From Chloroflexota bacterium (GTDB lineage Bacteria > Chloroflexota > Dehalococcoidia > GIF9 > UBA5629), in the NCBI GenBank assembly GCA_036821185.1, contig DAISKD010000001.1, positions 367,406 through 431,405 on the forward strand: a stretch of 64,000 nt of DNA, read 5' to 3'. Positions within the stretch are counted from its first letter, which is position 1. The number at the start of each line of letters is the position of its first letter. Positions 21,597 through 30,294 of this stretch are shown here, in pieces. The notes beneath the pieces are model-generated. The model was given only the letters and a program-made list of their open reading frames with translations, had not been told where the DNA came from and did no database searches. The translations under genes and the position numbers were made by a program.

Positions 21597-22615
21597 GAAT
21601 AGGTCTGACTTATGACTTGAAAGAAGACGTCCAGAGGGAGCTGCATTCAACTTCTTCTGCATCCCTGGAAGACGCCCTGGAGGAATACGACTGCGCAGAA
21701 ACCATAGACGCCATTGCTTCTGCCCTAAAAGGTAACGGCTATTCGGTTATTAAACTCGGCGGAGGCAAAGCTTTTTTGAACAACATTCTTCGTTGCAGCG
21801 TTGACTTTGTATTCAATATAGCTGAGGGCAGAGGTACTTACAAGAGCAGGGAAGCGCAGATCCCGTGCGTCCTTGAAATGCTGGGGATTCCATATTCAGG
21901 CTCCGATCCCCAATGTCTGTCAATATGTTTGGACAAACCACTGACCAAAAAATTGGTAGCGATATCGGGTATATGCACCCCCAGATGGAAACTCGTCACT
22001 AATGTTAGCCAACTAACAGATATAGAGCATACACCATTCCCTCTCCCAGCCTTAATTAAGCCAGCCTATGAAGGTTCAAGTAAGGGCATCCGCTCGAACT
22101 CTATAGCCAGAACGACAACACAGCTAATAGAGATAACAACTTCTGTCCTAGAACGATATCAACAGCCTGTACTGGTCGAGGAGTTTATCGCCGGTGATGA
22201 TATCACGGTAGGCATGATCGGTAACTCGCCAGCTAACGTCCTAGGTATTATGCGCGTCCTGCCCAAAAAAAATACCCAACACTTTGTATATTCACTTGAA
22301 ATGAAACGCGACTGGGAACAGCTACTGGAATATGAATGTCCGGCTAACCTCCCACCAGCAACGACCGAGCAAATTGCCAAGGCAAGCATCCGAATATTTG
22401 AAACCCTGGGATGCCGGGACTTTGCCAGGATCGACTTCAGGCTTGGTCAGGATGGAAACTCTTACTTCTTAGAAATAAACCCGTTGCCTGGACTTAACCC
22501 CAAAAGCAGTGACCTACCTATCATGGCAAGCAAAATGGGCATGAGCTACCAGCATCTTATCATTGAAATACTAAAGTCAGCTCTACAAAGGTACTCTCAA
22601 TGCGTGGCGAGATAA
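21593..22615 (+). CDS. ATP-grasp ligase, D-Ala-D-Ala-ligase-like (first of two)
   Basis: Overlaps the kamA stop by 4 bp. Ddl-like layout: central-domain FNIAEGRGTYKSREAQIPCVLEMLGIPYSGS, then LIKPAYEGSSKGI (the ATP-grasp lysine loop), then the C-terminal Mg/ATP motif FARIDFRLGQDGNSYFLEINPLPGL. Confidence 0.75.
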   Translation: MRIGLTYDLKEDVQRELHSTSSASLEDALEEYDCAETIDAIASALKGNGYSVIKLGGGKAFLNNILRCSVDFVFNIAEGRGTYKSREAQIPCVLEMLGIPYSGSDPQCLSICLDKPLTKKLVAISGICTPRWKLVTNVSQLTDIEHTPFPLPALIKPAYEGSSKGIRSNSIARTTTQLIEITTSVLERYQQPVLVEEFIAGDDITVGMIGNSPANVLGIMRVLPKKNTQHFVYSLEMKRDWEQLLEYECPANLPPATTEQIAKASIRIFETLGCRDFARIDFRLGQDGNSYFLEINPLPGLNPKSSDLPIMASKMGMSYQHLIIEILKSALQRYSQCVAR

Positions 22616-23688
22616 CCATAATATACAATACGCCAGACCTGGATGCTTGTATCACTATTGTAGAAAAAAAGGCATCGCTCCGTATCGTTTCCGATGTGAA
22701 CTTTGTACATCAAGCTCTGCAGAAAATCGGATTCCGCGTCTCATGCCTCCCTCTCAAGCCGCCGCTCCAGTCAGCAATAAGACGCCTCGAATCCATTAAG
22801 GCCGACCTGATTTTCAACCTTTTTGAGGGGTTTGAATCTCAGCCAGAAACTGAGGCGATCGTTGCCGACTTCTTGGCACGTCTTGGTATCCCTTATACAG
22901 GCTGCACTGGAACAGCCCTTTCCCTAGCTTCGGACAAAGCCGCAGTTAAGACGCTTCTCCAAGCAGCTGGCATAAACACGCCGAAATACCAGGTCTTGGA
23001 GCCAACGACTTTACATCTTTTTGCCCTGGACTTCCCTTGCATAGTAAAGCCGCGCTCACAACATGGCAGTTTGGGCATTTGTGAGGCAAGTGTGGTCTAC
23101 AACTTTGCAGCGCTGGAAAAGCAGGTAATGACAACCAGTCAGCGCTTCCGAGATAGGGCAATTGTGGAAGAATTTATTGAAGGGAGGGAATTTAACATCA
23201 CGATCCTCGGAACACGCCCACCGGAAACACTGCCTATTTCAGAGATAAAATATTCCCTGCCACAAGGCATGCCACCTATCCTGACCTTTTCAGCTAAGTG
23301 GGACCCTGAAAGCCTCTACTTCAAACACACTACCCCTCAATGCCCAGCAGAAATCGACCATGCACTCGAACAACACATAACCACTATAACTCGTACTGCC
23401 TTTGAAATTTTAGGCAACCGAGGCTATGCAAGAATAGACCTCCGTCTGGACAAGAAAGGAGAACCCAAAGTCCTCGAGCTAAACCCAAACCCTGACATTT
23501 CACCAGACTCTGGCGCTACATTACAAGCCCGCGTTGCAGGCATGGACTACGAACAGTTCATCGAAAAGCTGGTTCAGCTAGCCTTGGAGGACTATGATGC
23601 CAGTAGCAACTACCAGAGCTATGAGAAAGGAAGACAAGCCGTATATAATGGAAATACTAAACAATACTCCAGAGTTCAAACCCAATGA
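22600..23688 (+). CDS. ATP-grasp ligase, D-Ala-D-Ala-ligase-like (second paralog)
   Basis: Overlaps the previous gene by 16 bp. Parallel motifs: FNLFEGFESQPETEAIVADFLARLGIPYTGC, IVKPRSQHGSLGI, YARIDLRLDKKGEPKVLELNPNPDI. Confidence 0.75.
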   Translation: MRGEITIIYNTPDLDACITIVEKKASLRIVSDVNFVHQALQKIGFRVSCLPLKPPLQSAIRRLESIKADLIFNLFEGFESQPETEAIVADFLARLGIPYTGCTGTALSLASDKAAVKTLLQAAGINTPKYQVLEPTTLHLFALDFPCIVKPRSQHGSLGICEASVVYNFAALEKQVMTTSQRFRDRAIVEEFIEGREFNITILGTRPPETLPISEIKYSLPQGMPPILTFSAKWDPESLYFKHTTPQCPAEIDHALEQHITTITRTAFEILGNRGYARIDLRLDKKGEPKVLELNPNPDISPDSGATLQARVAGMDYEQFIEKLVQLALEDYDASSNYQSYEKGRQAVYNGNTKQYSRVQTQ

Positions 23689-24079
23689 GATAGTAGTAGC
23701 TGAGGAGGTCCTGGACAACTACCTGCACGAAGGTGTGCGTTCAGGGTATCATGTAATAGTTGCAGAAATAAGCTCTTCAATCACGGGTTATATTTGCTTC
23801 GGGCAGACACCGCTCACCGAGGCGACATGGGATATATATTGGCTGGCCACTTTACCCAAATTTCGCCAACAAGGCATTGGCACGACCCTGTTAAAATCTG
23901 CTGAAGAGGAAATAAGAAAAGCCAAAGGCAAGATGATCATCGTCGAAACGTCATCCAGACCGGAATACAACAAAGCAAGGTCTCTCTACCGATCACTAGG
24001 TTACCAACTCACCTGTCAGATCCCTGACTTTTATGCCAATGGTGACGATAAACTCGTCCTGATAAAGCGCCTTCACTGA
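23594..24079 (+). CDS. GNAT-family N-acetyltransferase
   Basis: Acetyl-CoA-binding motif RQQGIGTTLLKSAEEE and a C-terminal YRSLGY. The start is uncertain (alternatives at 23621 or 23648). All choices overlap the upstream ATP-grasp gene, which suggests translational coupling. Confidence 0.7.
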   Translation: MMPVATTRAMRKEDKPYIMEILNNTPEFKPNEIVVAEEVLDNYLHEGVRSGYHVIVAEISSSITGYICFGQTPLTEATWDIYWLATLPKFRQQGIGTTLLKSAEEEIRKAKGKMIIVETSSRPEYNKARSLYRSLGYQLTCQIPDFYANGDDKLVLIKRLH

Positions 24080-24231
24080 CAACAGCACCTTTTCCTGTTA
24101 TACTAAGTTGAATTGCCGGCCGGCTACACGACAAAAGACTTAGGGTGACCGCCCGAACTTAATCGATCTGTCTTGACGGGAGGCTTCCGGCACTAACTTA
24201 ACAGGCTCGGTTCACAAAAACGTGCACCAGC

Positions 24232-24287
24232 TTGAAAACAAATTCTTAAAAACTTAAACTTAAAGGCGTGTTTGTCGATTTAGACAA
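24232..24287 (+). promoter_or_regulatory. Putative promoter for the S2P gene (TTGAAA-N17-TAAACT), followed by a 5-bp inverted repeat TTGTC-N6-GACAA just before the RBS
   Basis: Read directly: TTGAAA at 24232-24237, TAAACT at 24255-24260; inverted repeat at 24272-24276 and 24283-24287; ATG at 24297. Confidence 0.35.
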
Positions 24288-24296
24288 GGGGCAGTA

Positions 24297-25418
24297 ATGG
24301 CAAACGGCATTTCACTTGGCAAAGCGTTTGGCATCCCGCTAAGGCTACATTATTCCTGGTTTATCGTATTTGCCCTCGTGACCTGGGCATTGACAGTCGG
24401 ATATTTCCCACATACACACCCCCATTGGAACATGATGACATCGTTCCTTGCCGGGGTACTGACGAGTCTGCTCTTCTTTGGCTCAGTCCTCGCCCACGAG
24501 CTGGCACATAGCATAGTAGCACAAGCTGCCGGAATTAAGATACATTCTATTACGCTCTTTATCTTCGGCGGTGTTTCCCAGATGACCGAAGAGCCCAAGC
24601 GACCTCAGGTCGAATTCCGAATGGCCCTCGCTGGACCCGGCACCAGCTTAGTGATAGGCGGCATTTTCCTAGCTATTTACTTTTACCTGTCAAATATCCC
24701 GGAATTTGTAAAAGCAATCTCTTTCTGGCTCGGCTGGATCAACCTTGTTCTTGCAGGCTTCAACCTGATACCGGGATTTCCCCTGGATGGGGGGAGAGTG
24801 CTCCGTTCACTGCTATGGTGGCGAAGTGGAGAGCTGCTCAAAGCCACCAGAACAGCTTCCAACATCGGACGTGGCGTAGGCTACCTGTTTATCTTCGTCG
24901 GTATCGGTCTGATATTCTATGGGAGCTGGGTAAACGGTGTCTGGCTGGCCTTCATCGGCTGGTTTCTTGAGAACGCTGCTGCCACCAGCTATCGCCAGCT
25001 AGCGCTACTTGATATGCTCAAGGGACATACCGTCAGGGAACTCATGACTACAGAGTGCCCCACTGTCTCGCCACAGCTAAGCATCGAGCGATTGGTACAC
25101 GAGCAAATATTTACCTCGGGACGGCGTTGCTTCCCTGTGATAGACAAAGAAAAGATGCTCGGCCTGGTGACGATACATGATGTAAAATCCGTGCCCCGGG
25201 AACAATGGGTAAACAAAACAGTCGCCGATGTCATGACTCTAGCCCCGAAACTCAAATCGGTGGGACCCGACGACGACCTCGCAACAGTCCTTCGGATACT
25301 CACTGAACACAACATCAACCAGGTTCCAGTAGTCAAAAATGGTAACCTCTTAGGCATGATCGCACGTGATACCCTTCTCACCTTCATAAGCGTGCGGAGC
25401 GAGCTGGGGACTGCATAG
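24297..25418 (+). CDS. Site-2 protease (peptidase M50 family) with a C-terminal CBS-domain pair
   Basis: HExxH zinc motif HELAHSIVAQAAG inside a TM helix and a downstream LDGG motif (FPLDGGRV). The C-terminal ~120 aa carry two CBS repeats (VRELMTTECPTVSP..., VADVMTLAP...). Confidence 0.8.
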   Translation: MANGISLGKAFGIPLRLHYSWFIVFALVTWALTVGYFPHTHPHWNMMTSFLAGVLTSLLFFGSVLAHELAHSIVAQAAGIKIHSITLFIFGGVSQMTEEPKRPQVEFRMALAGPGTSLVIGGIFLAIYFYLSNIPEFVKAISFWLGWINLVLAGFNLIPGFPLDGGRVLRSLLWWRSGELLKATRTASNIGRGVGYLFIFVGIGLIFYGSWVNGVWLAFIGWFLENAAATSYRQLALLDMLKGHTVRELMTTECPTVSPQLSIERLVHEQIFTSGRRCFPVIDKEKMLGLVTIHDVKSVPREQWVNKTVADVMTLAPKLKSVGPDDDLATVLRILTEHNINQVPVVKNGNLLGMIARDTLLTFISVRSELGTA

Positions 25419-25555
25419 AAACAATTGTCATGAGCGACCATCATAGGTATTGCCTCGTCAGCATGAATACTGTAGAATTTTCGTCAAAATAACAAAACCA
25501 TATGATGCCAGGTCTAGGCCATGCTTGAATTGGAGAACAAAAAAGGCGGGTAGAT

Positions 25556-26614
25556 ATGGAAAGGGCTAGAATACTTGTCGTAGATGATGAGTCTCAAGTG
25601 ATGGAGGTTCTGTCCAGATATCTGAATAACATTGGCCACCAATGCGGTGTAGCCTGCGATGGTGACGATGCCCTGAACAAAGTTTATGCTGAGCACTTCG
25701 ACGTTGTACTGTTGGACATAAGCATGCCAGGTAGATCCGGGATTGATGTCTTAAAAGAACTGCAGGCCAGGTATCCGGACACGGCTATCATAATGGTTAC
25801 GGCAATAGCTGATATCAACATCGCCATCGATGCCATGCGGAATGGGGCTTATGACTATCTAGTAAAGCCGATCGACTTTAACATGCTCTCAATTAGTATA
25901 GAAAGGGCTCTGGAAAGAAGGAGACTTCTGTTGGAAAATAAAGAGTACCAACTTTATCTGGAGAAAAAAGTCGAGGAACAAACCGCTCAAATAAAGCAGT
26001 CATTTCTGGGTGCCATTAATGCGCTTGTCCAAGCCTTGGAAGCTAAGGACAACTACACTAAAGGTCACTCCATCATGGTGGCGGAAATAGCCGTTGCCAT
26101 AGCCAGAGAGCTAGGTATGCCAGAAGAACGAATTGAAAAGATCCGGCTGGCTGCCCTGCTTCACGACATTGGCAAAATAGGTGTCAAGGAATCCGTCTTG
26201 AACAAGCAAAACGAGCTTACTGCCGAGGAATACGACCACATAAAGTCACACTGCATATTGGGTAAGCGGATCTTGCAACCCATCATCGAAGATGATGAGA
26301 TATTGGACATAATTGTACATCACCACGAAAAATACGATGGCACGGGTTACCCCGATGGGCTGGCAGGAGAGCAGCTCCCGAAGGAAGCTATGATTGTAGC
26401 TGCAGCCGAGGAATATGCTACAAAGCTATCCCAGGACATCATGGTAGTAGCTGTGGCCGATGCCTACACCGCAATGAGTTCAGACCGCCCTCACCGGCAG
26501 GCACTCTCCACCAAAGCTATCGAAGCTGAGCTGGAAAACAATAAGGGCAAGCAGTTCGACCCTGCGGTGGTAGATGCCTTGATCAGGGTGTTAAAAAGAC
26601 GCGGTAGTATATAG
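25556..26614 (+). CDS. Response regulator with receiver domain fused to an HD-GYP c-di-GMP phosphodiesterase domain
   Basis: REC domain: ILVVDDE, DVVLLDISMPGRSG, the phospho-acceptor Asp context, and the conserved K in LVKP. HD-GYP domain: LHDIGKIGV, HHHEKYDGTGYPDGL. Confidence 0.85.
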   Translation: MERARILVVDDESQVMEVLSRYLNNIGHQCGVACDGDDALNKVYAEHFDVVLLDISMPGRSGIDVLKELQARYPDTAIIMVTAIADINIAIDAMRNGAYDYLVKPIDFNMLSISIERALERRRLLLENKEYQLYLEKKVEEQTAQIKQSFLGAINALVQALEAKDNYTKGHSIMVAEIAVAIARELGMPEERIEKIRLAALLHDIGKIGVKESVLNKQNELTAEEYDHIKSHCILGKRILQPIIEDDEILDIIVHHHEKYDGTGYPDGLAGEQLPKEAMIVAAAEEYATKLSQDIMVVAVADAYTAMSSDRPHRQALSTKAIEAELENNKGKQFDPAVVDALIRVLKRRGSI

Positions 26615-26734
26615 GACACAAACAGGATAGACCACCCTCGAGAGAAAACACCACCAGAGACTAGCACCCCAGCAGATTGTGTCACCGGCCCAGTAAAGAG
26701 GAACAAAAAGGTCCCCCGGGCACGCCCATATAGC

Positions 26735-28912
26735 TCAATCTAAAATCTTGCCTGGTAGATGGGCACGCCAAGTGATAGACAAACAACCGGTTGCACCGGG
26801 AGACAAAGATAAAGGTAGACGAAAAAGAAAACAGCTTGCCTGATACAGTTTTTCTACACCGCCTTCGGAGTTAGAGACGCTTTCCACAGGGAAGTGCCAG
26901 AGACTTACACTTGGTGAGAGCAGCACCTCCAAGTTAAAGCCCAGGTGGTGGTTCCCTACCACCATCCTATTAACGCCATTAAGCTCACCCGGGGAATCAA
27001 GGTAACCGCTAAAATGCAAGTCTGGAACTGTGTAATAGGCTTGTTTATTATGGCCACCGCCAAGCAAATTGATATTCCATTCGCTGCCAAAGATAACATC
27101 TACCTTAAAACTGCTAGTATTTTCCAGTTGGTAGGAAACCTGCAACACATGCTCGCCGCGTCTGTGCTCTATTTGTTTTCGCACAACAAAGCTTGCCGCC
27201 TTGCTCCCGATCCACAGTCGCCCCTCTCTCCACAACTCGATCTTAATGTTGTTGCCATTGACCGTTACTGTAGCATCAAACTTCTGTCCGACAAAGTCGC
27301 CTTTTTCTTCAAAATTCCCTCGGGTAAATGCCTCTATACCGACATCACGGACAAAAAAGTGTTCCAGTAGACTAGAACGGGGGTATTTGTCGTACACAAG
27401 CCCTTCTGCCACATCTCTATCCTTTATCCTTATCAAGTCATGTATACTCTGTGTTGTATCCGACCGTTCCGGCTCAGCCGCAACACTGCCCGCTTCAGTT
27501 AAGGCAAAGTGATAGGCCTCAAGCCTTCGTGTCATCGTGCTCAAGAGGTTAAACTCGCAGGAACGCAGATCCCACTCAAAAATAGAACCTCCTTCCTTAG
27601 GACTGATATAGATTGAGGAAACATCGCTCTCCACAATAATCTCCTCAGCACCATCCCCGTCAAAATCTACCTTCTGCCATTCCAGCCAGCCCTGGTACCA
27701 CCCCTTAGACCATCTGCGTCTCCCTCGCAAAATCCCATCAGCCTTATTCTCCGCTTGAATCAGGTGCCGATACGTGGTTGCCCGTATATCAGCCAGATAG
27801 ATCCCTCCGAAGATGCCATGCCAGTAGGGACAGTTACACTGTGCTTTCCACAGCTCTTCAAGGCCACAGTCTACAGTGCTTAAGGCACGGGCTTGATGTA
27901 CTTTACGATGGACAGCCAGCATCTTCCGGTACATCCGGTTGACCTCTGGATACTTGACCAAAAAATTGCGCCACAGCCCACAGTACATATATCTCTTTAT
28001 ATCCTCACGCCCCTCGATCTCGAGTTGCTTCTTCAAATTGCTGTACTGCCATGAATCACTGGCTGGAAGCGACCATTCCATCATTTCATCATAAGAAGCA
28101 CAAGGCAGGTAGATTCTTCCTACGGGCGGGAACATGTTGGTATACTCACCCAGCGGCACAGTGCATAACCACTCTCGATTAGCTTCCAGTTCGGTAAAAA
28201 ATTCCTCGATCCAGCCATCTTGCCAACAAAGTTTATACGTCCCTGGCCAAACTCCAAATTTTTCCCCATCATCGCCCATTACTGCTATCCCACCATCGAT
28301 AGCTATGGCCCTTTCCTTTAGGTAATCCACCACCTCACTCACTTTCCTCCACGGTATGGAATAACGCAACAGCTTGCTTATGGGGAACAACATTATCTGT
28401 TTACCCTGTTCCTCAGTGACATAGTATCCGAACAGGGCCTCTTGCTTCAGTCCTACAGATTTGAAGGCGCCACCGTCAACCAATGTCAACTCCATCCCGG
28501 CTTCAGCCAGAATCTTGGCTAGGTGTGGTTCCCAAACACGCTCCGCCAGCCAAAAACCGCGGGGAACCACACCGAACTTGCCCTTGATAAACATATTCAT
28601 CTTGGCTATCTGCCCCACCTTATCAGCATCTGGAATAGACGGCAAGATCGGTTCATAGTAGGCACCACCCATAATTTCCACCTGACCACGCTCTACAAGC
28701 CTAGCAAGACGTGACAAAAATTCAGGGTGAACCGCTTCCAGCCAATCGTAAAGGCAACCGCTGTAATGTAAGGATAGCCTGACAGCACCATGCCTCTCCA
28801 AAGACTCAAGCATCGGCAGGTATGCCTGTTTATAAGCCTGCTCGAACACCCAAGGGAAATTACCGACCGGCTGGTGGTTATGTATTGCAAGCCCTAAATA
28901 AATACGATTCAC
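26735..28912 (-). CDS. Glycoside hydrolase family 57 enzyme (4-alpha-glucanotransferase/alpha-amylase type) with C-terminal extension
   Basis: N-terminal GH57 signature LGLAIHNHQPVGNF and downstream WLAERVW, GGAYYEPIL. 725 aa is similar to archaeal GH57 glucanotransferases. Confidence 0.8.
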   Translation of the reverse strand: MNRIYLGLAIHNHQPVGNFPWVFEQAYKQAYLPMLESLERHGAVRLSLHYSGCLYDWLEAVHPEFLSRLARLVERGQVEIMGGAYYEPILPSIPDADKVGQIAKMNMFIKGKFGVVPRGFWLAERVWEPHLAKILAEAGMELTLVDGGAFKSVGLKQEALFGYYVTEEQGKQIMLFPISKLLRYSIPWRKVSEVVDYLKERAIAIDGGIAVMGDDGEKFGVWPGTYKLCWQDGWIEEFFTELEANREWLCTVPLGEYTNMFPPVGRIYLPCASYDEMMEWSLPASDSWQYSNLKKQLEIEGREDIKRYMYCGLWRNFLVKYPEVNRMYRKMLAVHRKVHQARALSTVDCGLEELWKAQCNCPYWHGIFGGIYLADIRATTYRHLIQAENKADGILRGRRRWSKGWYQGWLEWQKVDFDGDGAEEIIVESDVSSIYISPKEGGSIFEWDLRSCEFNLLSTMTRRLEAYHFALTEAGSVAAEPERSDTTQSIHDLIRIKDRDVAEGLVYDKYPRSSLLEHFFVRDVGIEAFTRGNFEEKGDFVGQKFDATVTVNGNNIKIELWREGRLWIGSKAASFVVRKQIEHRRGEHVLQVSYQLENTSSFKVDVIFGSEWNINLLGGGHNKQAYYTVPDLHFSGYLDSPGELNGVNRMVVGNHHLGFNLEVLLSPSVSLWHFPVESVSNSEGGVEKLYQASCFLFRLPLSLSPGATGCLSITWRAHLPGKILD

Positions 28913-28992
28913 CTTTCTAACCTACAATCTGCGAAACGCCTCAGAACCGTGGCATTATTATCAAGGCAAATTTAGCTATCGCACATGGGAAA

Positions 28993-30294
28993 TCAGTCGG
29001 TATAAAGCTTGTCCACTATTTGGTCAAAAATATGCCTGGCGGCGACCACCTTATAATAGTACTCTTTCTTGATGGACGAGCTACAATTGCTCGTAGATAT
29101 TGCTTTGTAGGCATTAAGCAGCACCTCTCGCTGAAGATTCAGACCACGATAGACCATGTTCACATCCCACATAGGTTTCTTGCTTGCCCACCAGAACTGG
29201 CAACTATGCAGAGCAGCATCAAGTTTTGACCTGGCAATCCTAGCAAAATTGCGGCTCGAATCGCTATCCGCTAGCTCTACAGCCCGATGGGCGACGTCCA
29301 TCGTGATCTCCAAGTGCTCCCACTGTAACTGGTGGATGAGATTATTTTTGTCTTTCCAGAGCGGGTAGTAATTCCCAGCCTTTATGTCATCTGCAGACGT
29401 GCTCCACGACGATGGTCGGGGCTCTATCGTTTCACCACGGGGAAACAGTTCCAGAAGCTGGCTTATAGTGACCATTCTGATCTGTTTATCTTCTTCTTTA
29501 CTTTCAAACTGGAATAACTTGCGGTGTTGGTCGGCAAGCAACTTCTGCTCGTGGAGCAATCGGTCACCATTTTGCCTCGGTTCCAGCGTCTCAAAAACTG
29601 GTGACAGAAAAAGCTTATCCCAGTGCTGTATATGGTGTCCGAATGTTTCCGCATCCATGGCGGTTATCACATATACGTCGCCTTCCGACCTTCGCAAGCG
29701 TCGGAGATGCTCGATAAAGCTTTCACCATCAATGTCTCTGAAACTTATCTTGTTGCTTAAAATATCATCACGGAAAAACACGGCTATCTTGCTTTCCTCA
29801 TGCCCAGCTTGGTATATCACGTCTAAAGGCCATGGCGCAGAACATGCGACACCGCTCAGAACAATCCACTCATGTCTGGACTCAATAACTGGATCAATTA
29901 TCGCCTGTGAGTAGCAGAGCTCCGGTGGGAAAAAACCGCGTGGGGCGTAGACCTCACCGAGAACACTGCGATTGGTAATGTAGTTCAATTTAATCTGCCG
30001 CTCTACCTCCTCTCCCGGTATCAATGGCAATATTGGATGGTACATTGCCGTTCCAGTAAACTCTAGCTGCTCCTTCTCGGCTAACTGCCTTAGCTTTGAG
30101 AGTATATCAGAATAGCCACACTGCAATAGCATCTCCGTGAGCACACCGCAGATGTTTACCGTAGCCTTAGCATGGGGAAACTCAGCGATTACTTCGAGTA
30201 ACGGACGGTAAGCCTCGTTACTGACCTTCATCAGAACGCTTGTAGTCTGGGTAGGCGGCTGATAGAAATGAAACAGAGGTGCCCAATAGATCAT
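28993..30294 (-). CDS. GH57-family protein, shorter paralog of unknown specificity
   Basis: N-terminal PLFHFYQPPTQ and AMDAETFGHH are GH57-like catalytic-region motifs. 433 aa. Confidence 0.55.
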   Translation of the reverse strand: MIYWAPLFHFYQPPTQTTSVLMKVSNEAYRPLLEVIAEFPHAKATVNICGVLTEMLLQCGYSDILSKLRQLAEKEQLEFTGTAMYHPILPLIPGEEVERQIKLNYITNRSVLGEVYAPRGFFPPELCYSQAIIDPVIESRHEWIVLSGVACSAPWPLDVIYQAGHEESKIAVFFRDDILSNKISFRDIDGESFIEHLRRLRRSEGDVYVITAMDAETFGHHIQHWDKLFLSPVFETLEPRQNGDRLLHEQKLLADQHRKLFQFESKEEDKQIRMVTISQLLELFPRGETIEPRPSSWSTSADDIKAGNYYPLWKDKNNLIHQLQWEHLEITMDVAHRAVELADSDSSRNFARIARSKLDAALHSCQFWWASKKPMWDVNMVYRGLNLQREVLLNAYKAISTSNCSSSIKKEYYYKVVAARHIFDQIVDKLYTD

